This document shows, piece after piece, positions 51,299 to 64,000 of a stretch of 64,000 nucleotides of DNA. A model generated the notes under the pieces. That model was not told the origin of the DNA. It did not search any database and was given only the letters and a program-made list of their open reading frames with translations. This stretch comes from Antedon mediterranea (lineage: Eukaryota > Animalia > Echinodermata), in assembly GCF_964355755.1 (NCBI RefSeq), contig NC_092671.1, forward strand, positions 20,150,001 to 20,214,000. Direction: 5' to 3'. Within the stretch, counting starts at the first letter, position 1. Each line of letters starts with the position of its first letter. A program made the position numbers and the translations under genes.

Positions 51299-53123
51299 AA
51301 GATACAAGATAACTTTATTGTCAAAATTGTTAACAATTTCGAGATATGTTTTGTACCTGAGTAGAATAAATAATACGATGTGATAACTATATAAATAAAT
51401 ACAAATGATACAAGTGACTATCTTGAAAAGTTTTTGTTAAATAAATTGCATGCTATGTACATTGGTGAAAATCTGAAACGGATATTTTTTCCTGTGTCAG
51501 TCTAACCCTTCCTGATCTACTTATAATGATGTCTGAATGTAATAGGTGTGATGGGTCTTGCATAATTGTGTCAAATTTCTTAAGTATGAATATATTAAAC
51601 ATTTCATCTAAAGATTTCACTTCTACACCGATAACTCTGCTGGCCTTGTTTACTAATCTCTGAATTTGACTTTTACTGTTTACATTGATATGAGAAAACC
51701 AAACAATAATACAATAAGAAAAGATTGATTGAACAACAGAGGAATAAAACATATGAATGAGATGAGAACTAACATTAAACCGTTTCATTTTGTATATAAA
51801 GTACATTCTCTTATTAGCCTTGGTACCGAGTTCTTTAGTGTTGCTCTCCCAATTTAGTTTATTATCAATTATTAATCCCAAGTACTTATGACTTTCTACT
51901 ATTTCAACAATTTCATTATCGATTTCAATATTTACATGATTAGTTTTATTTTTCCTTCTAAAATCGACAATAACCTCTTTAGTTTTTTTGGCATTTAGTT
52001 CAAGAAAATTTTGTTTACACCAGACTACAAAATGTTCAACATATTCATTAAACAGGGATGTATTATTATTTGAAATTAAACCAACTAGGCAAGTATCATC
52101 TGCAAACTTAACATTGAATGATTTACTTGGGTCAATATCACTATAAAATCAGAATATAATGAAAAAAGTAAGGGTGAGAGAACGCATCCCTGTGGTGCAC
52201 CTGTATTACAAGTTAACTGCTTAGATACGCTACCCCTAAACTTAACAATCTGTGTTCTTTCATTTAGGAAATCAGAAATCCAGAGATTTAATCGTGGATT
52301 TATTCCTAACTTTAATAATTTATCTGTAAGTAAATGAGGCTGAATTGTATTGAACGCTGCAGAAAAATCTAAAAATAATATTCTAGCATAGTTATTTGGA
52401 TATTCAAGATGACCATACACCTTTTGCGTGAGCGTCATAACTGCGTCAACTACGCCCCTTTTTTCCCTATAAGCAAATTGGTTGCTATCAATCATACCCT
52501 TTGTCTCATTATTTAATATATTTTTTATAATTTTCTCAAAGCATTTCATGGGGATGGCTGTTAATGCCACTGGCCTATAGTCATTGCAAACAGTACATTT
52601 ATCATTTTTTGGAATCAGTGTGATAATAGCAGACTTCCAAAGTTTTGGTACATGACATACATCAATCGACCACTGAAATAGGTAATGAAAAATATACTTT
52701 AATTGAAAATAACAGGTCTTCAGAACTTTCCCTGAGATTTGATCTGGCCCTGTGGCTCTCTTTGACTTGACTTTTTTTAGGGTTTGTTCCACATCAGTTA
52801 TATTAATTAGGATATTGTTATTTCCTTCTTTTCTGATTTAGCCCATAATATTTTCATTTTGTTTTTCCCTTAAATCCGAAAAGTCACTTTTTTCAAACCT
52901 GACATCAAAAGTATTTAGGTTATCCGCTTTGATGTCAGTATCCTTACTGTTATTTACTGCAACTTTGTAATTACCCGTAACTTTATTCATACTTTTCCAA
53001 ACGTTCTTGATATCACCTGACTTAAATGTGTCCTCAATGTGTTTGGCATAGTTCTGCTTATCTCTTTTAATTACTCGTCTCACTTCTCTTTGTCTAATTT
53101 TACTGGCTTCGAAATCTCCTTGT
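51299..53123 (-). mobile_element. Rex1/Babar-like LINE, 5'-truncated
   Basis: ATGPDQI, NDYRPVALT, FLDFSAAFNTIQP, TGAPQGCVLSP, FADD; short tandem tail. TTAC duplication; removal restores BEL WILGAKNLVRSIVNKC. Confidence 0.85.
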
Positions 53124-53621
53124 TTACCAGGTTTTTTGCTCCAAGTATCCACATTCCTCCTGATCGAATAGCGGCAGTTGTCAGCTGACGACCTTGATGT
53201 TGCACTTGCTATTGAAAGTGTTCTGCGACCAATTTAGAGACGTAGCTGTTATTCGGGAGAACTGGGAGTTTGCCTCCAAGTTCGAGGTCAGTTCAGGTCT
53301 TAAAACGCTGACCAACTCTGAGCAGTTTATCTTGGTCTATGAAGGGACTTAATTTTTGAAGAGGGCCAGTCTTGATCGTAGGTTGAATTTCATATTCGGT
53401 TGTCAGTTCTAATGTTTCTTTGCTGAAGGACTGGTGCTGGACCTCTTTTAGTATGATCATTTTCGCACGTTGCAGTTCAATCAAAAACGGCTGTTCTGGC
53501 AATTGTTCTGTCACATCTTGCTGCTTGTTTACCCTTTTTGACTTCAACACTTTGGTCTTCAGTATTAAAACTCTTTATACTTGATTTCTTGTGATGGCAG
53601 ACGGAAAAAATATGGTAAGTA

Positions 53622-54270
53622 CCGTACTGACGCGGGTATAAGCCCATACTCGGGTATAAGCCCACCCCCGACTTTTGACTAATTTTCATGAAAAATTAGG
53701 CACTCGGGTATAAGCCCACCCATTAATTCGAAGATCTACAGTGCGTGTCGTAATACATTATTTTGTATTTGGCGACGTCCATACACCGAATACACCTACC
53801 TTTGATCATAACCAAACTAGGCTAATATACGCTAGGCCATATGAGGCCTAGCGGTCCTGTTTTGTTTACACTCCATCGCGGTCGAAGATCGCTTCACACA
53901 TGACGCTAAAACGGAAAACCACTATTTGGTATCGGCTGCCATAAACAAGCTTATTAAATTTCTATTTAATGAACATTGTATACTTGCTTTTCTGCTTGAT
54001 AAATTCTTGTTCAATTGATGTTTAAAATAAGGTATTCTACGTTAAATTACACGAACTATAAGCTAAATTTTCCGACACTCACTCCACACCTCGTGTATTT
54101 TAGAGGCAACGTCGTACACGTGAGGGCGCTCGCTCGCATGGTGGAATACACAGTGTACATGTGCTGTTTTTGACGATCTGCATTTTTGGATCCTCGGGTA
54201 TAAGCCCACCCCCCAAACTTTACGTGATTTCATGTTCAAGGGGGGTGGGCTTATACCCGCGTCAGTACGG
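53622..54270. mobile_element. Tc1/mariner-pogo-type MITE
   Basis: TIR CCGTACTGACGCGGGTATAAGCCCA, TA TSD, repeated CTCGGGTATAAGCCCAC motifs. Confidence 0.85.
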
Positions 54271-55084
54271 TAAGTACGGTAAGACAGTTCCATGTGGTGC
54301 ACGGCGTTCGTTCTCTGGTACTGGCGAAGCATGATTTTTAGAGAATATTTTCTCAAAGAATTTTCTGTATTCTTTCATCATCTCAGGCTTGCGCCGAAGC
54401 ATTTTTCAAAGATTGGCTTCGGTTGTTCAGCAAACATGTAAAAGGTAATGGAAACTCCAAATTTCTATGTTCATTGGTATTTGCGCCATCTTCCATCTGT
54501 CTTTTAAATCTGTGGTCTTCTACCGACATGGCCTTTCTGTTGTCACCAGTTGTTTCTACAATTATATCAGGCAGGGTTACCACTTTGGATGTGAGTATGT
54601 CGTAGATATGATTTACACTTGTGGCTGTGGATTGGTCGGTGTTTTTTAAGACTGTTTGCTTGACCGCAGCGTTTACTTGTTCCCCGTACACTTTCGTCTA
54701 CAGGATCGAGGCGAAGCACTCAGTGCTTAAAGCCCCCCTTAACGATAAAAACTTCAGCGGGTGGTTGGACCATGCAACGTTTTGCTTTGAACGAGTTTAC
54801 CGTAGCACATGAAACTACATCCGTAGGCAGAGCATTCCATAAGAGAATAACTCTCCTGGAGAACGTGTCCCTCCTTATATAAGACAAGAGCTTTTAAACT
54901 TGAGTTTATATGGGTGCCCCCGGGTACGAGAGTTTGTAATCGAAATACGATCAAAACCTTTTACAATCCTAAAAACTTGGATAAAATCCGCTCCCTGCCT
55001 TCGATATCTCATGGTGGAAGACCAAGAATTCTCAAACAATGTTCATAAGGGATGTTACGGTAATGAGGAATCAATCTTTGCTGA

Positions 55085-57160
55085 ATCTCTCTAGTAAATC
55101 CTGATCTCGCTTTTCTAATAGGATTATATACAGTATTACAATATTCAAGTGTTGGCCTGACAATAGACTTATACAGCTTCAAAAATCCATCTTTATTCAG
55201 GAATTTAAATGACTATAAATTATTCCTAATTTCTTATTAGCCCTTTTACAAATATCCGCTACATGCAAATTAAAGATTAAACCAGGATCAAAGGTTACAC
55301 CTAGATCTTTCTCCTGCTTTACCTCATGTAATAAATTACCAGCCATTGAATACAAGAAATTGGAATTATCACGACCATAGTGAAATACCGGGTGTCACGA
55401 AACCTAAGACCACGAAAGCTAAGACCCCCTAAGACCTAAAATCACGAAAGCTAAGACCCAAGATCTAAGATTACAAATATTTATCTTTCGCACCTGCCTT
55501 GTATTTTAACTCCCAACATTTATTCTGAATACCACACCTTAGAATTGGCACGTTCATGAAAAAGAATCACATAAAAAGTAACAAATACATTTTTAAATTG
55601 ATGATTTTACAGACGTTTTTCTCGCACACAAAATGACTAGCCTACAGTACAGTAGGCCTACCCCATGTTCAATGTTTTTGTTTCTATGGAACGTCAAAAG
55701 AGCAAAAAATATATAGAGGGCTGAAAACTCTGTGGAGTCCATCTACAGTGTGGATGGAACAATGTAAAATTAAAATTGTAATGATAATAATATAATCATG
55801 CAAGTACGAGGAAATAAATACTGGCAAATAAATTTTAATTAAAAAATCATGATAAGTTTTTTTGTTTCGTTTTCTTTCTGTTTTTATACTTGTACTATTA
55901 TTGTTGCTCTTTTGGCGCTCCATAGAAACAAAAACATTGAGCATGGGGAGCTCGAGGAGTTACATTACAGTATACAAAGAAACACATCTGTAAAATCATC
56001 AATTTAAAGGATTTATTTATTTGTTATTATGTGTTTCTCCTTCTGAAAGTACTTATAAGTCCTAATTTTAAAGTGTGGTGTTCAGGATAAAGTTAGTCAA
56101 CAAATTTGGAGTCAAAATACAAGAAAGGCAGGTGCGTAAGAAAAACATCCTCTGAACCAACACAATGGAGTAAATATATACAAACAAACACCCCGTCAAG
56201 TTTGTTTGTTGTAAAGAAAAAATATACATTTACTCAACGGGCGAAAATAATGTGAGTTTATCTATGTTTTGCGGTGGTATTAAATTATATTTATGGTAAT
56301 AAATGAAACCTACTGTGGTTACAATTATGTATGGATAAACAAGTATTGTTTTTAAGCTGTAGTATATCTTAGAATTTGTAATCTTAGGTCTTGGGTCTTA
56401 GCTTTCGTGATCTTAGGTCTTAGGGGGGTCTTAGCTTTCGTGGTCTTAGGTTTCGTCACACCCGTGAAATACCTTACACTTAGTGCTTCCCATTGGTCTA
56501 ATTTTTTTGTCAATCATTTAATGACACTCTCAATGTCCCTCTGAAATAAATCCGCATCTTCAATGTTATTGACCACTCTATACAACTTAGTGTCCTCTGC
56601 AAATAAACGAAAACTAGACTAAACAACATCAGGTAAATCGTTAATGAAGATTGATAAATAAAATAAAATTGGACCCATAACACTACCCTGTGGAATTCCA
56701 CTTAATACTGGAGCCTGTGATGAAAATTGACCATTAACACTAACTCGTTGTGTTCTATTCGATAAATAATTAGAGAACCAACCTAGTGGATTTCCCGTAA
56801 TACCAAAACCTTTCAATTTGACTAGAAGAAGCCTTTGGTATGGCACACTATCAAAAGCCTTTTTATAGTCTCATAAATAAACACAATCAAACCTATCAAA
56901 GTTATCCAAGTTAGTAGTCCAATTCTCAAGGACATCAAGTAGTTGTAATGCACATGATCTACCTTGTCTGAATCCAAATTGTTCATTGCACAAAAGACCA
57001 TTTCTCTCAAGATACTTTATCCCTAATAATCCTTTCCATCATTTTCCCTATAACCGACGTTAAACTAACCGGTCTGTAGTAAGCCGGGTCCTCCTTTTTG
57101 CCTTTTTTAAAGATAGGTATTACAGTTGCCTTTTTCCACGATAAAGGGACCTTCTGATCA
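55085..57160 (-). mobile_element. CR1 LINE RT relic, split by a MULE-like element
   Basis: WKKATVIPIFKKGKKEDPAYYRPVSLTS, SGIPQGSVMGP, EKDLGV. Confidence 0.85.
55390..56463. mobile_element. MULE/foldback-like non-autonomous element
   Basis: About 100-bp TIR GGGTGTCACGAAACCTAAGACC... with TAAGAC repeats. TSD GTGAAATACC (10 bp), or 8 bp if the TIR starts CGGG. Additional internal inverted segments. Confidence 0.8.
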
Positions 57161-58559
57161 TTGAATAATAATAATAGTGAATATTTGACTGAGAGGGTGT
57201 GGTCTTCCATCAGCTACGCCGGTACATATTTGTCCGGAGACTGTCCAGCTAAGGTTGGTTTGTTGGGCTCACGGTGTGCCTCTAGTTTCGTTTATAAATT
57301 CTCTTACTTTTAGTGCTTCAGGACAATCTCTGCCGAGGAAAAGTAATACAGTAGAACCTTCATTTTACGTACGGTACGGGACCGAAAGGTTGACCTTAAA
57401 TTTACCCCGAAATACATCGTAGCTGCCGTGTTTGTCTACTTTACTGTAGACCATGCAGGTGGTCACTAGCTAGGCCTTGCCTAGACTAATCTAGAGGATC
57501 AGGCTAGCAGGCCTAGCAAGATGTGAGGCCTAGCAGAGAATCGATCCCGAAAACCCTAGGCCATAGCCTCACGCCACACAGCTGGCTTGCAAGAAACCAC
57601 TTCCATAACCTATTTGCTTACCATGTAACGCTGTTTTTAATTACCATACCGTGTTTAGAAGTATGGATACGGTACCATATCTCTAGACATAACAAATTTT
57701 CAGAAAAACATTATTTTGAGATTCATTACGTGTACAAGCCACTTTCCAGTCATACCTTGATGAGGAGGGGTGTCTAGAAAACTAATATCTAGAAAACTAA
57801 GACCTAACATTTTTTTTAATGGTAGGTTGTACCATTATATCAAGGGTAATGTATGTTTAGTGACTTTTTAATGGTTAGAATTAGATTATTCTATTACATA
57901 AAAAAGAGGTTTATTTCTAAGATGTGGATGAGAATTTCAGTAAACCATTTTTTAATGTTCTGGTGATACATACCTACACACAATTACAGTATATAAAGAA
58001 AACAAAATTTAAATTATTTTGCTTAAATACAATAAACATTTATTAAAAAGGGGTATTATTACTATCCTCCATTTCTTTCTAACAAAATGCATTTAAAATC
58101 CGGGTATCTTGCATATTACATTATGTAATAAACAAATAAATTGTTATGTATTTTGCTTAAACAATAAGCTATTTATGAAAAATGGTATTACTATCCTCAA
58201 TTTATTTTCTCACAAATGCATTTAAAATCAAGGTAAAATACTATTTCTTTTTTTAGTAATTAGCCAGATTAATTTAATATTGTCCTTTTTTTGAATATGC
58301 CATTTTATGTCACCAAAAATTGGATCATATTATTTTATAAGTGAAAACATTAATTTTTTCAGGTTTTTTTTTCTATGAAAGTGATTTACTTTATTAAAAC
58401 TACAAAATAATCTATTCAAAGTCTGATTTTTATTAATCTTTATTTTTCATGTTTTTGCGTGACAATAGTGGTGTTATTAAAATTTGAAATAAAAACCAGA
58501 CAGGAAATACAAACTTACTTATCAAACTTATTAAATAAAAAGTTTTGATACTTCTCTTG

Positions 58560-59400
58560 AATGTTTGTTTGTTTCTTTATTTCCATTCACAACAAAAAAA
58601 AAACCATTAACACACATAAATATTCATTACAAAAATGAAAGAATGGAAAGGGGGAATCTCTGAAGCACAGCTTATAAGTAGAAACCCCCTGTTACAAAAC
58701 AGTTTATAAATAGTAATATGAAAAAAAGGCACAACGGCATAGGCAAACAAAATGTAACTTTTAAGAAAAAGAAAAAAAAAAGCAAACAAGTTTCTTGTTT
58801 TTTTTTATCTTAAAAAAAAAGATTTCTCAGAGAGTAAGATGTAATTGTAAAAAGAAAAAAACTTGTTCTAATCAGAGTATTGCAAAAGTAATTTATTTTT
58901 GTATTTTATTTTAAAAGTTATAGGATTCTTAAGTAACTTAAGAGTCTCAGGTATATCACGCCAAATTCAACCCCTTTACTAACTAAACTTAATGATTTTT
59001 GAGTGGTTCTTTTAAATTGTGGGTAGAAATGGTGTTTTTGTAGCGTGTATTTATCGTGGATAGCTGAGCATAAAATGAAATTATTTTGAACAATCACTGG
59101 GAGTAAGTTATGAAAAGCTTTATGCATTAGAGAAACGGTATATAGTTTTATTAAATTATAAAGATCAAGAGTTTTAAAAAAATTTAAAATTGGTTTACTT
59201 GGACTGGTGTATGGGACTTTCATAACAAGTCTGAGTGCCTTTTTTTGTAATATGTATAAACAATTTAAATTAGTTTTAAAGGTATTACCCCAGACTTCAC
59301 AACAATATGTAAAATAAGGCAAAACTAATGAATTATATAATTTAAATAAAGCTGATGTATTTAGTAAATGTTTTACTCTATAAATAATTCCAATACTTTT
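58560..59400 (-). mobile_element. LINE (CR1/L2 group) 3' fragment with 3' UTR
   Basis: LYNSLVLPYFTYCCEVWGNT...LYILQKKALR; AATAAA plus (AAAC)n tail. Confidence 0.8.
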
Positions 59401-60336
59401 ATTAGAATGAATACCCTTATAATATCTAAATGCAAATTAGTGGAAAAGATGACAATGCTGTGGGTATCAAATAAATAAATATACCAGGCTCTATGTTCTT
59501 ATTGAGTTGTTTGGAAAAAAATATAGTGTCTGAAAACATATTTCTGGTATTCTTTTGAATTTAATATTGCTTTTTTAAAAGTATCATATGTAAACTAATA
59601 ATATTTATTAATAAATATTATTATTAACATGATTGTATAACTATAAACTATCATATGTAAATACAGACAGCAGAGGCTTGACATTGTTGTGTTCTTGTGG
59701 TAGTAGGTGATGAAATATGGGAAAACAGAGACAGATGGTCAATTTACAAAAGAATGTTATTTTTGGTTTAATGAGTTGTTTGTACTCTACATTCACAACA
59801 CACACTATAATAATAATTATTATTAATATACAGTACCTGGTTTAGTAAGTAAAAGCTACAGATAGACCTAATTAAAATGTAAATATGGTTGTTTTTTTCA
59901 AATTCGCAAATGTTTTTATCACCATCACTGTTGCAAATAAATTAATAATAAGTAATTTGAAATTAATCTGCCCAAAAAAAAAAAAGAATAAATTAAAAAT
60001 AATATTTTACCTTGATTTTAAATGCATTTGTGAGAAAGAAATGAAGGATAGTAATACCCCTTTAAAAAAAATGTTTATGTTTTAAGCAAAATAATTTATA
60101 TTTATTTGTTTATTACATGGATGTAATATGCTAGATAAGAATCAAGCAAATTATTAAATAAATCACTGAAAATATTTAATAATAAATAATACTAAATGGT
60201 CTGGTTGTAAAATCAACTGGATAAAATACTTGCCATTTCTTTATACTGTAATTCTGTGTATGTATATTATGTGTAGCCAAGAATGGCCTGTATGTACCAC
60301 CAAAAATAAAATTGTTTACTGAAAATCTCATCACAT

Positions 60337-61798
60337 CAGGGGCGCAGCCAGCAAAGAAATAAAGGCGGGGGGGGGGGGGGGTGTCATCCAATATGTGAGT
60401 ATTTTGCGAGCGAAGCCCCCTGGAAGCTTTGGTGGTCTAGGGAAATCTAGATCATTTGAATCGGTTTACGCACACACAAATATGACAATGTTAACACTAA
60501 TAAACTGCAACAAAAAAAAACAAAAAACAACTCTCATTTTCATTACAGAACATTGTTAAAATCCAGGCTGCCACAGAAAGCCTACAAATACTTTTTTTCT
60601 TGCTTGTTTGTTGATTTGGGTAGAGAGTCTGTAAACTCAGAGAAGGAATTATTTGAATTCCTCCCTTTTCACTCAATACAAAAGTTGCATGAAATAAACG
60701 TAGAGATGCAACAGTTTGGAAAAAGAAATTAGAATGATAGTGGAGTGAAATGAGAACCGTACTGTAAGGTTAGAGTCCATACACTGTGCAAGTCCAAGAA
60801 GCTATCTTGGCTCCGTGTGTATGTGGGACGCTTCATACCCATCCGTATTATACGCATTACACTAACATATTTATCGCATGTATGTACATACAATATTTTG
60901 TTTAAAAATATACCTATTTTGTTCGAATGTATAGTATAGGTGATACCTAATACATAATTCTAATAACTAACTTTAGTATTATACATTTTACTTTAGTTAC
61001 TAACGACGCTCTAGACATCGCGGGATGCATCTTTAAACAATAAGTGTGCATTTGTTAACATTCTTCTTGGCTTTTGTAGACAGAATTCGCGAATGACTTT
61101 CTTTGTATTAATTTTCATGAGGCACAATCCCGAAAGCCGCTCATAAGAAATGTGATTTCACAAATAGGTTTTCGTTCTAAGTAAAGTCGAAAAACTCCGC
61201 TCAGCTTCAGCAGACGTTACGGGCAGTACACATGCGATTAGAAAGCGTGGTTCCCACTAGCGACGCAACACAAGGACGTAACGCAACGCAAGTGAATTGA
61301 CCAATCACAAGCTTATGGCTTATTCGCTTGTGATTGCTAACTGTCTATAAAAAATCGCTTGCGTTGTGTTTACGTTCTTGCGTTCTTGCGTTACGTTCTA
61401 GTGGGAACCAAGCTGAAGAAGTAAACGCACATATTCGGGAACACATCAGGATCCGTTAATTTTACAATTGCTTCCGTTAATGTACTGTAACAGGAAGCTC
61501 TTGATGCTGCGAACACAGTCGCTTCCATCGCTGAAGCTCGTAATGAAGATGTTCGTGTCTTGGCAGATCATCGTACCAAAATTCATAGACTCGGGTGCTA
61601 CGCCAAATATTTTAAAGCATGGCCTGTTTTAACTTGGTTTGTAAATGATCAAGAAGTTGAATTGTAATACTGCTCAGTAGTAATCTTCCACAGTGTCTCC
61701 AGGATGATTTGATCTGTATTGTTGTCTCAAGTTTTTATTTTTTTTTCCAAAAAAAAAGGGGGGAGGGGGTCAGGACCCTGTGACTGGCTGCGCCCCTG
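60337..61798. mobile_element. hAT-like termini (CAGGGGCGCAGCCAG / CTGGCTGCGCCCCTG)
   Basis: 15-bp inverted termini with G-rich subterminals but no matching TSD; they may belong to two different insertions. Confidence 0.45.
61244..61414. mobile_element. Harbinger/Tourist-like MITE
   Basis: TIR AGCGTGGTTCCCACTAG / CTAGTGGGAACCAAGCT, 3-bp TSD GAA, internal ACGCA repeats. Confidence 0.8.
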
Positions 61799-61962
61799 CC
61801 TTCGACGTTTACTTCTTTGTTTTCAGAACCATCAAGGGCTACTGTTCTGAAGAACAACAAAAGAATAATGAGGGCGCTATTTTATAATGTGTAAAAGGCC
61901 GTTTTGGCGTGCCATAGATAGATAGATAGAAAAGAAAAAGAAAACAAATACCGACAGCGTGG

Positions 61963-62682
61963 TTGGTCACTTCTACAGTGATGAATATACCTGAAACAAA
62001 GCCTTCAAAATCTATGCCTTTGAGACCGTCATCAAATGATCAATCTGATGTTCAGCAGTGTACGCAGAATTGTGAAGATCCATCAACAGATGCAGTGACT
62101 AGCCGTCACAATGAAGCACCCCCGTCTCATCCTCAACCAGTAATTAAAACATCACATGGTGGTAGAAAACAAACTGTGCTCATAATCGGTGACTCTATTC
62201 CAAAACATTTAGTTGGGAGAAGAATGTCTAGTCGTATGAGAGTGATCAACTGCTGTATCCCAGGAAGCAAACTGGAAATGTGGATCAAATTAGCACCTGT
62301 GTTAATACAAGAGCAAAACCCATCAAGCGTTATTATACATTGTGGAACAAACAACACAAATGACTGTATGCCGATGAAATGCATCAAACTCATTACTTTG
62401 TTATGTAACTGTATCAGGGACGCCGACACATCTATCCATATTGCAATCTCTTCGTTAATTATGCATCAAAACGCAGGTAGATATGCTTGGGTCAAGGAAT
62501 TCAATGCTAGGCTACATGACAAGTGCAGTACACTCAACTGGGCATTCATTGACAACTCAAACATCAGTCTACAACATCTTGCCAAGGATGGACTTCACTT
62601 GAATGGGTCTGGTATTAAACTTATCGCAATGAACTATATTGCTTTTTTAAGAGATCTTGCATACAACATCCTGCAAACATAA
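61963..62682 (+). CDS. LINE ORF1 with SGNH/GDSL esterase domain (probably 5'-truncated near 61930)
   Basis: VLIIGDSI, PG, IIHCGTNN and DGLHLN blocks. Esterase ORF1s are established for CR1/L2/RTEX LINEs. The first ATG is at 61981. Confidence 0.85.
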   Translation: MVTSTVMNIPETKPSKSMPLRPSSNDQSDVQQCTQNCEDPSTDAVTSRHNEAPPSHPQPVIKTSHGGRKQTVLIIGDSIPKHLVGRRMSSRMRVINCCIPGSKLEMWIKLAPVLIQEQNPSSVIIHCGTNNTNDCMPMKCIKLITLLCNCIRDADTSIHIAISSLIMHQNAGRYAWVKEFNARLHDKCSTLNWAFIDNSNISLQHLAKDGLHLNGSGIKLIAMNYIAFLRDLAYNILQT

Positions 62683-64000
62683 AGCAATCTCAACAAACAA
62701 ATAAAGGTGTAACAGTTGGTACATGTGCCGACTGTTTAAAGTACATAAAATCATGTGAATCACATATTTCATGTAAATGTTGCACATTAGATTTTCATGT
62801 AAACTGCGTAATGGTTAAACATAACTTTGACAATTGGTGGTGTTCCGCCTGCTTTATTAAAAATACTGTATCTGAATTACCATTTCTTAATGATCCTATA
62901 AACAATGATCTGTATCTTGGTAAAGGGCTTAAAATTACGCATCTAAATATTCAAAGCCTGCGAAACAAAGTTGATCAAATTAATGTACTTTTAGATAAAA
63001 ATAACATTGACATACTATGTTTAACTGAAAGTTGGCTTGATAAGAATATTGATAACACAGAGCTCACTATAAATGGGTATAATATTTGTAGATTTGATAG
63101 GAAAAACAAAATAGGAGGTGGAATTTTGTGTTATATTAAAGAGTGTATTGTACATAAAATAATAACAAATAACATTGCTGACAATGTTGAAAGTCTATGG
63201 ATAGAAATTAATTTACCACATACTAAGCCTTTTCTTGTTGGAACAGTTTACAGACCCCCGAGTGCCAATATAGATTACATAACAGACATTGATAGTTTAT
63301 TCCAACATTATACATCTGAATATGATGAAGTAATTGTACTAGGAGATTTCAACCTTGATATTTCCAAAAAGGTAAATCAAACTAAAATTAAGAATTTAGA
63401 AAATCATAGTAACTTAAAACAATTAATTAATGAGAGTACACGAATCACCGATTCAAGTAAAACAATATTAGATCTTATTTTTGTTTCAAATCTCAAGAAG
63501 TATTCTGAATCAGGAGTTTATAGTCTTGGAATAAGTGACCATTCATTAATTTACTTAATTCGCAAGTATAAAAAAATAAAAGGTCAACCAAAAACAACAA
63601 ATTCTAGGTCTTTTAAAAAGTTTAATGAGAACGATTTCATTGACTCTGTTAAAAAACAAGATTGGAGTTTAGTCATGGAATGTTCTGATGTAGATAAAGC
63701 TTGGGATATTTGGTCAAATTTATTTAATTATGCTTGCAATAAACATGCACCTCGTAGAATTAAGAGAGTAAAAACTTCAATGCCTGAATGGATTACTAAA
63801 GAATACCTAAAATTAACAAAAGATAGAGACTATTATTTTAAGAAAGCTCATAAAACAAATGATGAGGCAGACTGGAATAAGGCAAAAAGTTTGAGGAATC
63901 AAGCAAATAAACTAAATAGATCACTTAAAAAGAAAATTTGTACAGATGCTATAACAGCAAATACCACAAATTCTAAAAAATTGTGGGAAACCATTAAAAA
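62619..64000 (+). CDS. LINE ORF2: PHD finger plus AP endonuclease, continues beyond the window
   Basis: Uninterrupted frame from 62619: CADC...CKCCTLDFHVNC...WWCSAC (C4HC3), HLNIQSL, LCLTESWL, GGGI, VYRPP, LGDFN, LDL, SDH, PEWIT, KKLW. Confidence 0.9.

Larger units (their letters stand above)
50520..54800 (-). mobile_element. BEL/Pao LTR retrotransposon relic with nested LINE and MITE
   Basis: LEFPLPF..LLNNRSQ, LSPFIDQDKLLRVG, CVVCRKQMADLPKDRL, RSDQGTNFIGA, FNPPHASHFGG, RKRWRQVQYLADQF. Confidence 0.85.

Overview
AT-rich metazoan DNA, probably from a marine invertebrate (TAGGCCTA-type low-complexity tracts suggest an echinoderm; this is inference). No intact host gene, rRNA, CRISPR array or prokaryotic system is visible. 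The window is a dense, multiply nested set of transposon relics. It has six LTR elements: a non-autonomous TRIM-like element, a Gmr1-type gypsy with integrase upstream of RT, three other gypsy/Mag elements and a BEL/Pao. It also has at least eight LINE pieces, a Penelope relic, SINE pieces and many non-autonomous DNA transposons whose TIRs and target-site duplications (TSDs) can be read directly (CACTA-like, Harbinger/ISL2EU, MULE-like, hAT with 5-bp TSD, piggyBac-like, Kolobok, Academ, Ginger-like, Crypton-like, Tc1/pogo, P-like). Several satellites and tandem repeats sit inside these elements. Main points: (1) 20 of 22 orientable elements lie on the minus strand, as expected for a uni-strand piRNA cluster transcribed from the plus strand; (2) a young LINE at the right edge has an SGNH-esterase ORF1 overlapping a PHD-APE ORF2 through an in-phase U_UUU_UUA slippery site, a candidate -1 frameshift; (3) a roughly 2.3 kb near-palindromic Academ-type element; (4) a degenerate minimal hammerhead ribozyme. 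Family assignments come from motif, TIR and TSD recognition by eye, not from database searches.
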